Below are positions 10,469 to 19,941 of a DNA stretch of 61,132 nucleotides, piece after piece. Made by a program: the position numbers and the translations under genes. The notes beneath the pieces were generated by a model. The model was not told the origin of the DNA. It worked only from the letters and a program-made list of their open reading frames with translations, and searched no databases. How positions within the stretch are numbered: the stretch's first letter is position 1; each line of letters starts with the position of its first letter. The DNA lies in NCBI RefSeq assembly GCF_041689495.1, contig NZ_JBDNGD010000196.1:1-61132 (forward strand), written 5' to 3'. This DNA comes from Halomonas sp. GTDB lineage: Bacteria > Pseudomonadota > Gammaproteobacteria > Pseudomonadales > Halomonadaceae.

Positions 10469-10730
10469 GATGCATCATAATCTTATTCTCGGCGCTCGTG
10501 GTGCCGCTAGACGTTGCGCTGCTGGCCGTCTCTGTGTGGACCATCTTTAGCACCGTGCTGATGCCGTGGTTGTGGCTCAAGCTTCAGCCCAAACGTGTGT
10601 CACCCGATTCACACACACCCCCGTAGGGTACCCACGAGGGACAACCACGTGTGTTGTAATCCGATGAGGCTGCCCGCCACTGTATGCGCTGTAGTGTAAA
10701 CACATCGTGCAGTACCGCCGTGTAAAATGC

Positions 10731-10790
10731 AAAAAACCCCCGGTAGGAGTAGGACCGCGTTGGTCCCACCCCTACCGGGGGGTTTCTGTC
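10731..10790. terminator. Long hairpin between convergent transcription units
   Basis: AAACCCCCGGTAGG...CCTACCGGGGGGTTT inverted repeat flanked by A and T runs. Confidence 0.6.
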
Positions 10791-11039
10791 TTTGTGGAGC
10801 GCCAATGAATTGACGCTCAGGTATAAGGTCTGCTGCGTGAATTGTCGTGTATGGAAATCAGCCCGCGGGATGCCGCCTTCCTTCTGGATGAGATGAGCAC
10901 CGTGGAGCAGGACGAAAGTCGCTACCCGACAGTACGCGCAGAAGCAAAACGAATCCGCGAACAGGCTGAGGCCGCACTCACCGAGTAACCAGAAAAAGCC
11001 GCCGCGCCCACCCGCGAACCCACCCGGTGAGAGTGGTTA

Positions 11040-11201
11040 TCACTGGCTGTTCTTCTTGTCTTCCGTTTTCTTCCCGCCGTAGCGCCGCTTCAGCACTTTC
11101 TTCGTCAGCTTCGGTGCGCCCAGCGCCAGCGTTGCGCCGAGGAACAGCATTTCGATGTCGCCAACGACGACTTCAGGAACGAGGTTGAGTAGGTTTTGCA
11201 T
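11040..11201 (-). CDS. Small membrane protein (53 aa; one hydrophobic segment, basic C-terminus)
   Basis: Read by hand: MQNLLNLVPEVVVGDIEMLFLGATLALGAPKLTKKVLKRRYGGKK...; too short for the ORF track. Confidence 0.55.
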   Translation of the reverse strand: MQNLLNLVPEVVVGDIEMLFLGATLALGAPKLTKKVLKRRYGGKKTEDKKNSQ

Positions 11202-11228
11202 GATGTGTATGAATCGTTGGTCGGGTGT

Positions 11229-11732
11229 CTATTCTTTCAGCACGAGATAGGAGTTCTCGTCCAGATACTTTCGGGTGAGTTCCACACCGGCTCTCGTGCT
11301 CAGATGTTTTGCGCGAAGGTGGGCCAGCGGGTCAACCCGCCAGTCGTCTTCGTAGTGTGCGTAGAGTGCTCTCCCGGTGCCGCCCCGGTCGCGCTGGAAT
11401 AGCGTCACGTGAAGCTGCATCCCGTGCTCTACGAGGTCTGGTGCATCACGATGGAGCAGCACCCACGAGCCTTCACTGAGCCTCCCATCGGGGAGTGATT
11501 TCAGCGCAGATATGGGGTTCCTTCGGAATCCAACATCGTCCAGTTCTAGTTCGATGGTGTCTTCCTCCTCATCGAGTTCGGCAACGTACTGGTCGTAGCC
11601 GACTTTACCCTGTGAGTACAATCCGATGCCGAGCACCTCTCCGATGGTTGTCAGCGGGTCGTGAAACCGTGGGTACCAATCGCGACGGAACTCTTCGACC
11701 CAATCGTCGGTTTCATCAAGCTCGTAGTTCAT
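11229..11732 (-). CDS. Hypothetical protein
   Basis: Start MNYELD overlaps the upstream gene; QLHVTLF...LYAHYE motif. Confidence 0.6.
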   Translation of the reverse strand: MNYELDETDDWVEEFRRDWYPRFHDPLTTIGEVLGIGLYSQGKVGYDQYVAELDEEEDTIELELDDVGFRRNPISALKSLPDGRLSEGSWVLLHRDAPDLVEHGMQLHVTLFQRDRGGTGRALYAHYEDDWRVDPLAHLRAKHLSTRAGVELTRKYLDENSYLVLKE

Positions 11733-12111
11733 TGGTGTAGACCGTCTTGTAGTTCTTCTGCAAGCAGTATTGGCCCAATGTCCACTCGAAGGTCTTCCCA
11801 CTGGAGTAGACCGCATCGTCCGTGAAGCACACGATGTGGGCTTCTACCCCCCGCATTAGGTATGCGAGAGACACTGGTTCGTCTGTCTCACTGAGCAAGT
11901 ATGACGCCGCGACGAATGCGTAGTCTTCGCAATCGCCCTGTCGCTTCGAAAGCGTCTCTTCGACGGGCTGAAGTCTGTCCCAGACCCCGAAGAGTTTGTC
12001 TTCTTGCCACGTGAACTTCTTGTTGAACCAACGCAGGTCGAACGAAGACCAGTCGAGTTCTGGTTTCACGTATCGCTCAGGCCGGAGCATTGCGCGAACT
12101 GTCCACGTCAT
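11716..12111 (-). CDS. Transglutaminase-like cysteine protease fold protein
   Basis: GDCEDYA catalytic motif with downstream AH. Confidence 0.7.
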   Translation of the reverse strand: MTWTVRAMLRPERYVKPELDWSSFDLRWFNKKFTWQEDKLFGVWDRLQPVEETLSKRQGDCEDYAFVAASYLLSETDEPVSLAYLMRGVEAHIVCFTDDAVYSSGKTFEWTLGQYCLQKNYKTVYTNELRA

Positions 12112-12935
12112 TCAGGTACCTCTGCCTTCTCGGCGTGATAGCCCGCAAAGCGAACGCTTGTCTCAATCCAGTTGTCGTCGCTCGTGTACTCGCCCAGACT
12201 GTAGCCGTTCGTCACGTGCGCAAGACCGTGGTATGCCGACCACTTAGCCGGCGAAGCGATGAACTTGAAGACTTTCTCGGCCATCTCGCCATGCCCTGCT
12301 TCACGGAGGAGTCGTCCGTTCTCCGATGCAACGTCAGCAGCGCGGTCGCACTCGAACGAACATGGGTAAAACTCGATGAAGCGCCAGCCCATGTAGGCCC
12401 AGAACGTGTTGAGGATGTGGTGTGGTGACTCTACGACGAGTTCTCCACCTCTGTCTTCCATCGACGGGGTTCGCCGAGCGATGCTCGCCATCGGGTCTTC
12501 GTAGCCGTTCTGCCGGTCTTCGTGGTGCGCTGTTGCGCAGCAGTGTGGAACGCCTTGAAGTTCCATGCCGAGGATGGGGTCGAGTTCGTTGTTGAGAACA
12601 GCTTCCGGGCTGATTTTCGAGGTGTTTACAATCGCGATGGTGGTTCCCTGATTGCGCTGCTGTGAAGCGAACTGAACTTCGTCGGGCAGTGACCCGATGA
12701 GGCCGGGAACGTCCTCCGCTTTCCACGTATCTACGGTGAGCTTTCGCGGGTGCTCGTCATCGAGTACAGCATCGACCTTCGCTTGCTTGAATGCGGCGGG
12801 GAAGGGACCGAGGTAGTCGCTCCAGTAGTCGCGAAGCTCGGTTCCTTTCCAGTTGTGTTTGACAACACGAGGAAGGTCGAGGGTTAGTTCAGGTGCTTCT
12901 CTCTCGGGGTCGAGTGGTGAGGCGGCGTCGGTCAT
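12108..12935 (-). CDS. Hypothetical Cys-containing protein, coupled to the radical SAM gene
   Basis: PHCC and FYPCSFEC motifs; TAATG overlap with the rSAM stop. Confidence 0.65.
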   Translation of the reverse strand: MTDAASPLDPEREAPELTLDLPRVVKHNWKGTELRDYWSDYLGPFPAAFKQAKVDAVLDDEHPRKLTVDTWKAEDVPGLIGSLPDEVQFASQQRNQGTTIAIVNTSKISPEAVLNNELDPILGMELQGVPHCCATAHHEDRQNGYEDPMASIARRTPSMEDRGGELVVESPHHILNTFWAYMGWRFIEFYPCSFECDRAADVASENGRLLREAGHGEMAEKVFKFIASPAKWSAYHGLAHVTNGYSLGEYTSDDNWIETSVRFAGYHAEKAEVPE

Positions 12936-14365
12936 TAGTGGGAAATGTCTCCGTGAATGGAGCCGGTTTCGGGGTCTGCCGTGACGTTCTCTTCCCCGTA
13001 TTTCTCGATGTACGCATCGCGCTTGGTGTCGAAGTCGGCGTTTTGAAGGCTCTGTGACAACACGCTGTTCTCATCATGACGTGCGCCACTAACGCTCGGC
13101 TTCGTGGCGTCTCGGCTGACCTGACTCTGGTGCATCCCGGCGAACGGCTTGATGTCGAGTTGCCCGCTCGCTGCGAGGTCGGCAATTGGTGCGTCCCACG
13201 GAGCATCAGTAATCATGCGCATGCCGGTCATCATCGCCTTCATGTCGTGCTTGATGGCGTCGAGAACGGCGTACTTCGCTTCACACCAGCGGGTACGATT
13301 GCGGTAGTCGTAGTCCAATCCAGACGAGGGGCAGCCGCCCTGACAGACGTTCCAGAACTGACAGCCCTTACAGCCGCCGTGGTCTTCTTCGCCCTCGGTG
13401 TGTGGACCGGGGACTTGCTTCAGCATCTCGTAGCGTTCCTCGGTGTTGTTGTACTCGCTGCCGTTCGAGTCACCCTGTAGGAACGCCGCGCCGTCGCCGA
13501 CAGTGCCCCACGTCTTCCCGCAGCCTGTTGTGTTGCCATCTCCCGTGGCGATTTTTGCTGCCCCAGCGTTGAACACGTCACACTTGTTCTCCACGCAGTT
13601 GCGGAGTGAGTTGCCGATGAGGTTGTCCTGCATATCGTTCATCGGCCCCCAATTGCGGTAGGGTTCAGCCTTCATCCACTCCCACGTCCGGAGGTAGACT
13701 TCCTTGAGCCGCGTCGGTGTCAGCGACTCATCGGCTTGGACATCTTCGTAGGGAATGGCGGGGTTGAAGTGACCGCTCACGCCACGTTCCTGAAGCGAGT
13801 CCATCCACGAAAGTAGGTTCTCCAGCTTTTCGTCGTCGCCTGCATTCTGCTTTGTGAGCACCACGATAATGCCCATCGACGCGTCTGAGTCGGCGACACG
13901 CTCGATGGAGTTGAGCGTTTTCTCGGTCATTGAGTCCGTGATGTCGCGCTGTTCGCCGTCCATCTCCGAACGGGCGTATCGTAATCCGTTGAGGTCGCCC
14001 GGCCCGTCGCACGAGATGCCGACGTTGACGCGGTACTTCTCGAACATCTCGATATGCTCGTCGGTAATGAGCGTCCCGTTCGTCTGGATGTGGGTGTTCT
14101 TTTTCTGCTCTTCGAGGTCGTACTCTTCGTGAGTCCACTTCAGGATTCTCTCGATGTGTTCGTCGCGCATCAAGAGTGGTTCGCCTCCGTGAAGTCCCGG
14201 CGTCTGGCCGGGGTAGCGCTGTTTGAACTGCTTGAGGCGGCCCATTATCGCCTCGATGTCGTACTCGCTGTCGATTTGGGCTTGGTCGTATTGTCTGCCC
14301 GGTTCTTCGTAGCAATAATCGCAGCCCATGTTGCAGCGGAGGGTTGCGGAGACGTGAACGCTCAT
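12935..14365 (-). CDS. Radical SAM enzyme with SPASM domain
   Basis: CNMGCDYC (CxxxCxxC), HGGEPLL, QTNGTL, ISCDG, and C-terminal CxxCxxxxxCxGGC...C SPASM motif. Confidence 0.95.
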   Translation of the reverse strand: MSVHVSATLRCNMGCDYCYEEPGRQYDQAQIDSEYDIEAIMGRLKQFKQRYPGQTPGLHGGEPLLMRDEHIERILKWTHEEYDLEEQKKNTHIQTNGTLITDEHIEMFEKYRVNVGISCDGPGDLNGLRYARSEMDGEQRDITDSMTEKTLNSIERVADSDASMGIIVVLTKQNAGDDEKLENLLSWMDSLQERGVSGHFNPAIPYEDVQADESLTPTRLKEVYLRTWEWMKAEPYRNWGPMNDMQDNLIGNSLRNCVENKCDVFNAGAAKIATGDGNTTGCGKTWGTVGDGAAFLQGDSNGSEYNNTEERYEMLKQVPGPHTEGEEDHGGCKGCQFWNVCQGGCPSSGLDYDYRNRTRWCEAKYAVLDAIKHDMKAMMTGMRMITDAPWDAPIADLAASGQLDIKPFAGMHQSQVSRDATKPSVSGARHDENSVLSQSLQNADFDTKRDAYIEKYGEENVTADPETGSIHGDISH

Positions 14366-14367
14366 GA

Positions 14368-14955
14368 TTAAACTGGTTGGGGTTCGTCAGCGTAGTTCGT
14401 GTGGTCGCTGAAGTCGTCCGAGTGTGGCGGGTTGTCCGAGTAGCCGGTGTTGTCGTGGTCGTCGTGGTCGTTGTGGTCGTTGTGGTCGGTGCCAGAGTCC
14501 GTGTGGTCGCTGAACGCCCCCAAGTCCCCGTGTGCTGCCTGATAATCCTCGTGACTGTCCGAGTGTGATGTGTCGGAGTGACTGTCGTAGTGGTCGGAGT
14601 GATTACTGTGCGTGTCGTCGTGCGGTGGGTTGTCTGAGTACCCCGAATCAGTGTGTACGTTTTCGTCAGCACCAGCCGCAGTCTTCTGCTGGCTTTCATC
14701 AACGTAAGTGATGAGCGAGTTTTCGACCCAGATAGACCCCTTTGTGCCAGCAACAGCAGAGTCTACGTTTCGGGGGATGCGCCGCTTTCGCTGATTCGAA
14801 TCAACGTAGTAGAGGTATTCACCCTGAATCCCCAGATAGCCGGGAGATTTCGAAACGGAACCGAGGTCTGCGCCTGTGTAGGCCCACTCAGTTTCCGTGC
14901 CGTCGAGAAAGTGCAGGTCATTGCCCTCTACCCACATCGAGCCGGTCTCAGGCAT
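14368..14955 (-). CDS. Tail-associated beta-repeat protein with His/Asp-rich (aromatic-X-D) C-terminus; candidate rSAM substrate
   Basis: Three GSxWVEGxxLxYxD-like repeats followed by about 21 H/Y/F-x-D/N triplets. Confidence 0.7.
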   Translation of the reverse strand: MPETGSMWVEGNDLHFLDGTETEWAYTGADLGSVSKSPGYLGIQGEYLYYVDSNQRKRRIPRNVDSAVAGTKGSIWVENSLITYVDESQQKTAAGADENVHTDSGYSDNPPHDDTHSNHSDHYDSHSDTSHSDSHEDYQAAHGDLGAFSDHTDSGTDHNDHNDHDDHDNTGYSDNPPHSDDFSDHTNYADEPQPV

Positions 14956-14960
14956 TCACA

Positions 14961-15428
14961 TCACGCCCACTGGTCGCTCCCAACGGGGAGCACGAGTGCG
15001 TTTGGTCGAAGTGTCTCCGTTTCGCGGTAGTAGCGTCCGTCGTGAAGGTGCCCCACGTCTGCGAAGTTCGTGTCTACTTCAGTTTCAGTGTAGTAGCGGT
15101 CGTCGTGGTCGTGGCCCGATGGCGAAAAGTTCGAGTCGGCTTCGGTTTCCGTGTAGTATCGTCCGTCGTGAAGGTGCCCCGCGGCTGCGAAGTCTGCGGC
15201 GTGCTGGCCGTCTACGGTGTCGGCCTCATCGGCTTGGTCCACGATTCCGTCGTCGTTCGAGTCAAGACGCGTGAACTCATCTGCGTGGTCGGCGAGGGCC
15301 TGACTAACGGCGTCCCACCACCAGTCGAACTGCTGCGCGTCCGGTCGTTCGTTCTGCTCGAAGTTGAGTGACCCCGGTGGTTTCGCTCCAACGTCTCCAT
15401 GCGTGTAGTCGAGTTTGGTTCGTGCCAT
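14961..15428 (-). CDS. Tail fibre-related protein with GHxHDxRYYTETE repeats
   Basis: Three copies of a repeat seen in phage fibre proteins; ADEADTVDG motif. Confidence 0.7.
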   Translation of the reverse strand: MARTKLDYTHGDVGAKPPGSLNFEQNERPDAQQFDWWWDAVSQALADHADEFTRLDSNDDGIVDQADEADTVDGQHAADFAAAGHLHDGRYYTETEADSNFSPSGHDHDDRYYTETEVDTNFADVGHLHDGRYYRETETLRPNALVLPVGSDQWA

Positions 15429-15443
15429 GTGTATGTCCCGTGG

Positions 15444-16025
15444 TTAGATGGACGAGGACCACGTACCCTCGTTGAAGCCTTCGAGTGCGTCTTCGTCGCC
15501 CTCGAACGCGAATGTCCCTTCGGAGGTGATTACTGCTCGGGCGTCAACACTGAGCGCGCCGTTCAGGAGTATCTGAAGCTCGTTCTTCGTCAGTGGGTGT
15601 GAATCCAGAATCGCGCCATCAACACCCAACTCGACGGTCTTCGGCTCTATGGTGTCCGGTGGCGTCGTGAGCGTGATGTCGCCTTTGTCTGCACCGAGGA
15701 TAGACATCGCGGCGCTGGCGAACGATTCATACGACGTGTCGCTCGCTTCCGCAGCAAAGCCCCCGAGGATGCGAACGCGAAGTTTGTCGTCGCCTTCGTC
15801 GGTCTTTCGGACAATGCCGACGAATGCGCCAAGCTTTTCGAGTTCCTTGCCCGTTGCACTGCCGATGAAGCGGTCGTCGTACATCGACTCCAGTTCGAGG
15901 TCGATTCTGCCGTTCTCGCTCGCCAGAACGTGCAGAAGACTCGTAAGGTTCTTCTCCGGGCCGAGGGAAACCGGGTAGTCCCAGTTCTCCTCGATGTCGG
16001 CTTCGTTGTCGTATCCTGTAATCAT
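15444..16025 (-). CDS. Baseplate wedge protein (P2 gpI/DUF2612-like)
   Basis: ATGKELEKLGAFVGIVR..E.DD.LRVRI motif; position in the tail module. Confidence 0.65.
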   Translation of the reverse strand: MITGYDNEADIEENWDYPVSLGPEKNLTSLLHVLASENGRIDLELESMYDDRFIGSATGKELEKLGAFVGIVRKTDEGDDKLRVRILGGFAAEASDTSYESFASAAMSILGADKGDITLTTPPDTIEPKTVELGVDGAILDSHPLTKNELQILLNGALSVDARAVITSEGTFAFEGDEDALEGFNEGTWSSSI

Positions 16026-16936
16026 TTATGGATGAACCCCATGTCCAGCGAGTAGAGTTCGTTGTAGCCGCTGTAGTTCGTGATTTTCATGCGGTAGTAG
16101 CCATCGGGGTTGACGGGCAACTCGGGAACATGGTTCACGAGTTCGTCGTCATACGTGTCGATGGGGTCGCTCTCTTGGGCAACCGTAGAACCATCCTCGC
16201 TGTACTGGACGAGGATTGTCGCTGCGGGCTTCTTTGCCATCGGGACCACGAGTGCACGGACAGCGAATAGGTCTTCACGTCCGGTAATCCTCGACTCCTG
16301 TGACCACTCTGTGTACCACGCGACCTCATCCTCGTCCCACGTGAGGTCGTAGTCGAGGAGTTCGAGTGAAGTACGGTCGTTGTAGATTGCGGTACTTGCC
16401 GGTGCCATGTGGGACATGGTACTTCTTTCAACGGAAATCGACCCACGGCTGGAACTCGATGAGGCCGGTAACGCGTGGGACGTAACATTGATTGGTTCGT
16501 TTTGGAATGTACGAACTACGCTCGATACAAACGGGTTCGAGTGCGACGCGGTGCCCCGCTCATCGAGTTCCAACGCGCGGTCGGCGCTCGACGTAGATGC
16601 CGAAGCGTAGGAAGTGGCTGTTAGAAGATACAGTGCAACCGGCGTAGTCCATGCCCCAGTAACATGCTCAGTTTCAGCACGCAGTCTGACTTCATGGCTT
16701 AGAAGTCCACCGCTGATGGTGAGGTTTGTCGTCAGCGTGTCGTAGGTTACTACCTGCTCGGCCCATCCATTCGCGGTATTGTCCCACGTAGAGCTACCGA
16801 TTTCGCGGGCCTGAATCCTGATGTCCCCGTTGTTCGTGGTTTGCGTTTCGCGGTCTACCGAGATTTCACCGTCAACGTCGTTGTCAAGCGCGGGTGGGTC
16901 CTCATCTGGAAGCGTTGTTGTGAATGTTGCTGGCAT
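16022..16936 (-). CDS. Tail/baseplate-associated protein
   Basis: Thr/Ser-rich, FN3-like N-terminus, in the tail operon. Confidence 0.55.
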   Translation of the reverse strand: MPATFTTTLPDEDPPALDNDVDGEISVDRETQTTNNGDIRIQAREIGSSTWDNTANGWAEQVVTYDTLTTNLTISGGLLSHEVRLRAETEHVTGAWTTPVALYLLTATSYASASTSSADRALELDERGTASHSNPFVSSVVRTFQNEPINVTSHALPASSSSSRGSISVERSTMSHMAPASTAIYNDRTSLELLDYDLTWDEDEVAWYTEWSQESRITGREDLFAVRALVVPMAKKPAATILVQYSEDGSTVAQESDPIDTYDDELVNHVPELPVNPDGYYRMKITNYSGYNELYSLDMGFIHK

Positions 16937-16937
16937 T

Positions 16938-19466
16938 TCATGTACCGTCCAGTTCAGTTAGCGCGTCTACGTAGGTCGTATCCTGTGCAGCGTCCCACCC
17001 AATGCCACCGGAAGTCGACTGGAACGTGGTTACCTGATACGTCGTAGAGCCATACACGGAATCGTCGGTAGGGTTGACTGCGGTGGCTACCACAGTGTCG
17101 TCGCCCTGCCACTCGACTTCTATGCGAACCGGTGCGTCTGTTGGCGTTCCAACGTTGCTGTCGGTGCCGCCTTGTGCAGTCCCGTTGTCGTACTCCCAGA
17201 CGTAGAGGTCGCCACCGCTGTTGAGGTAGACAACACACCCGCTTATGGTTGCGGGGTCGGCTGTCTGGTGGCCGAAGATGAAGCCAGCGTTGTTCGAGCC
17301 GGGGTTCTGCTGTAAGTAGCTGTAGGTCTTGCCACGCTCTACAGTCACATCCATTGTGACGTAGGGCGACGCCTCGTATCCACCCGTGTCTGAGTTGATG
17401 GCTAATGACTGTGAGCCTTCTAACGCCGGTGAAGTTGTTGTGGATAACTCGTTGTTTGTGCCGGTGTACTTAGCAAGTGGGTCGGCTCCCTCGAAGTCTT
17501 CTAAGACGACGGGACCAGTGGAGCCTTCTACGTCAAATGACTCTGCATGTTCAGTGAATGCACTGACGCGAACGGCGTAACCTTCTCCGTTTTTCAGTCC
17601 CGTGACCGTATGGCTTACCGTTTCACCTTCGGTGACGGTGGTGGTTATATCCGAGCCGTTCTGGGTCCAGTTGAGCGTTTTCCCGTCTTCGGCGACTTCA
17701 GCACGGTAGCCGTCCTTGTTGTTTGCGTTGTCGATAAACTGAATGTCGGCTTCATTGTCACGCACATCGAGGACTTCTAACCCAGTTGGAGGCGGAAGTA
17801 GTGTTACTTCAGAGACCTCGTTTGAGACTTTCGACTCTTCACCACTATTGTATGAAGTAACTCGATAGAAATATTGCTCACCGTCAAGAAGGCCAATATC
17901 TGTATATGATATAGTATCAGCAGATAGATTAGCAACTTCAGTATAGTCACCGACAACAGAGCCGGAAGCCGCTGCTCTATAAACACGGTAGCCGTCTTCG
18001 TTTGAAACGTTGTCCCATCCGATTGTGAGTTCACGTTCCGTGGCAGAATCATCTATGCTGAGATTAGATGGACTGGGTGGTAGGATTTTAGCGTTCGCCT
18101 CGTTGGAGACTGCGCTCTCCCCACCGAACACGGACTCCGCCGTCACGCGGTAGTAGTTTTCCCCTGTCAGCGGGCTGGTGTCCGTGTACGTCTCCGAGAC
18201 GCCGCTGAAGTTTAGCCCGTCCCACCACATATCGAGGGTGCCGTCCCCCCATCCGACGCTAATTGGGTTGTTGAAGTTCCAAAGCTCGACGGACTCGATG
18301 TCTACGCCCTGCTTGAGCGAACGCGTTGCCGACGAACTCGTCCCCGTGATTAAGTTCTCGAACGACGCAGTTACCTCACCCGTGCCCCAGTTAAAGTCCC
18401 ACTCGACTCGCACCCACGCGTCGTACTCGCCGGTTCTGGTGTTTGTATATTCGTAACCGGGCGCGAAGTCTATGACGTGTTCGGAGTTGTCCGTCGCGGT
18501 TCCGCCTTCGTAGTTGCCGTTCGAGTTGACGAGGCGGACGCCGCCCCCGGCGCTGGTCTCTCTTTCTTGGAAGTAGTAGACGAACCTGTCCGGCTGTTCG
18601 CCGCCCGCGAACGGCGTCCACTCGGCCTGTAGCCCGGTGCCGTTCGCCCCGGAGTAGAACGAGTTGCTCCCCTCGACCACTCGGTCGGTCGCCTGACCGC
18701 CGTTTGAGACGGTCCACGGCGTCATGTACTCGAAGCCGCCGAACTTATCGTTGGCGTCTACGGTATCTATGAGCGTGTAGTCGCCTGTGGTAGTCCCGCT
18801 TGATGTAGCACGGTAGACGTTGAATATGGACTCGTTGTTGCTTTCGTCTACCCACGACAGGTCTATGTCGCCGTCAGCGTTTGTCGCCGCCAGCGAGGAC
18901 GGTGGTTTTGGATTTACATATTCGAGTAATGTTGCATCGTAGTATCCACCGGCGTTCCCGGAGTGACCAGTCTCGGCGTCGATGACGGTGTCGTTACCGT
19001 CACCCCCGTCCATCTGGAATCTGAGCGTCTCTGTACCAACGGGTAGGAATACTTCCAGAGAGTGTTTGTTCCAGCCGTTAACGTTCGGGTTAGACCGCTC
19101 TCCGGTCCACATGGTCTTCCACTCTTGGAGGGTGGTCCCAGACCCATCTTTTGCGTATAGATGGAGCCGCGCGTCGTCCTCCCAAACGTATTGTTGTGAG
19201 CCACCAGAACCATCACCGCTCCCCGATGCACCTGATGACTTGAACCACATCTCAGCTCGTATCTCTCTGCCCCCTTCTACGGTTATATCTTGGTAGATGT
19301 AGGCATTCGGCCACACATCCGCGTTTTCGTACGTGTCGCCCCACGACTGCGCCCCGGCATAGGATTCAGTAGTGTTGACGGTGTATTCGCTGTGCGTAGA
19401 ATTCCACGAACCGGGGTTTATAGTACCGGTTGAATATGATTCAAAACCATCTACCAATATTGGCAT
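16938..19466 (-). CDS. Tail fibre/adhesin with fibronectin type III repeats and lectin-like domains
   Basis: Repeated PxxPSxL...LSW.D...YRVYR...YYRVTA...ES..SNE FN3 signatures. Confidence 0.75.
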   Translation of the reverse strand: MPILVDGFESYSTGTINPGSWNSTHSEYTVNTTESYAGAQSWGDTYENADVWPNAYIYQDITVEGGREIRAEMWFKSSGASGSGDGSGGSQQYVWEDDARLHLYAKDGSGTTLQEWKTMWTGERSNPNVNGWNKHSLEVFLPVGTETLRFQMDGGDGNDTVIDAETGHSGNAGGYYDATLLEYVNPKPPSSLAATNADGDIDLSWVDESNNESIFNVYRATSSGTTTGDYTLIDTVDANDKFGGFEYMTPWTVSNGGQATDRVVEGSNSFYSGANGTGLQAEWTPFAGGEQPDRFVYYFQERETSAGGGVRLVNSNGNYEGGTATDNSEHVIDFAPGYEYTNTRTGEYDAWVRVEWDFNWGTGEVTASFENLITGTSSSATRSLKQGVDIESVELWNFNNPISVGWGDGTLDMWWDGLNFSGVSETYTDTSPLTGENYYRVTAESVFGGESAVSNEANAKILPPSPSNLSIDDSATERELTIGWDNVSNEDGYRVYRAAASGSVVGDYTEVANLSADTISYTDIGLLDGEQYFYRVTSYNSGEESKVSNEVSEVTLLPPPTGLEVLDVRDNEADIQFIDNANNKDGYRAEVAEDGKTLNWTQNGSDITTTVTEGETVSHTVTGLKNGEGYAVRVSAFTEHAESFDVEGSTGPVVLEDFEGADPLAKYTGTNNELSTTTSPALEGSQSLAINSDTGGYEASPYVTMDVTVERGKTYSYLQQNPGSNNAGFIFGHQTADPATISGCVVYLNSGGDLYVWEYDNGTAQGGTDSNVGTPTDAPVRIEVEWQGDDTVVATAVNPTDDSVYGSTTYQVTTFQSTSGGIGWDAAQDTTYVDALTELDGT

Positions 19467-19564
19467 TTACTTGGCCCCTCGGGGTTTGCAATGGTTACCA
19501 TTCATATGCGATGTGAACGACCCAACCGACTCGAACGCATCAATTTGTTCTGCCATAGTTCAGA

Positions 19565-19936
19565 TTACTGCGGAATATTCAACGAGTGCGTGATTACCAC
19601 ACTGTCCCCGTCTTGATTCAGCGTTGCTTCAGCGAACTGCTCTTGTGGCGTCAACTGGTTTCCACCCGATGAGGCGTCCCACAGCGCGGAATACTTGATG
19701 GTTGTTGGCTGCGGGATGTCTGCGTCGGAACCCTGCAAGCTGATTTCAACCTGAAGCGTGTTGTCGCCGTCGGCGTCAAGCCACTGGCAGCGCGTGTCAC
19801 CCGTGATAGAAACTCGGGTAATAGCCGACTGCGTTTCGTCGTACAGTTCGATGTAGTCCCACGGCGGGGGCGACGCACTTTCACTGTTCACGTAGTTTCG
19901 GAGGCTCTGGTAGCCTGCTGTGGTAAGTTCTGCCAT
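19565..19936 (-). CDS. Tail/baseplate structural protein
   Basis: ALWDASSGGN motif common in phage tail proteins. Confidence 0.6.
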   Translation of the reverse strand: MAELTTAGYQSLRNYVNSESASPPPWDYIELYDETQSAITRVSITGDTRCQWLDADGDNTLQVEISLQGSDADIPQPTTIKYSALWDASSGGNQLTPQEQFAEATLNQDGDSVVITHSLNIPQ

Positions 19937-19941
19937 GAAGT

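Noticed and set aside
13728-14753. 341-aa Thr/Arg-rich ORF
   Set aside because: Alternate-frame reading of the His/Asp repeat gene and the rSAM gene.
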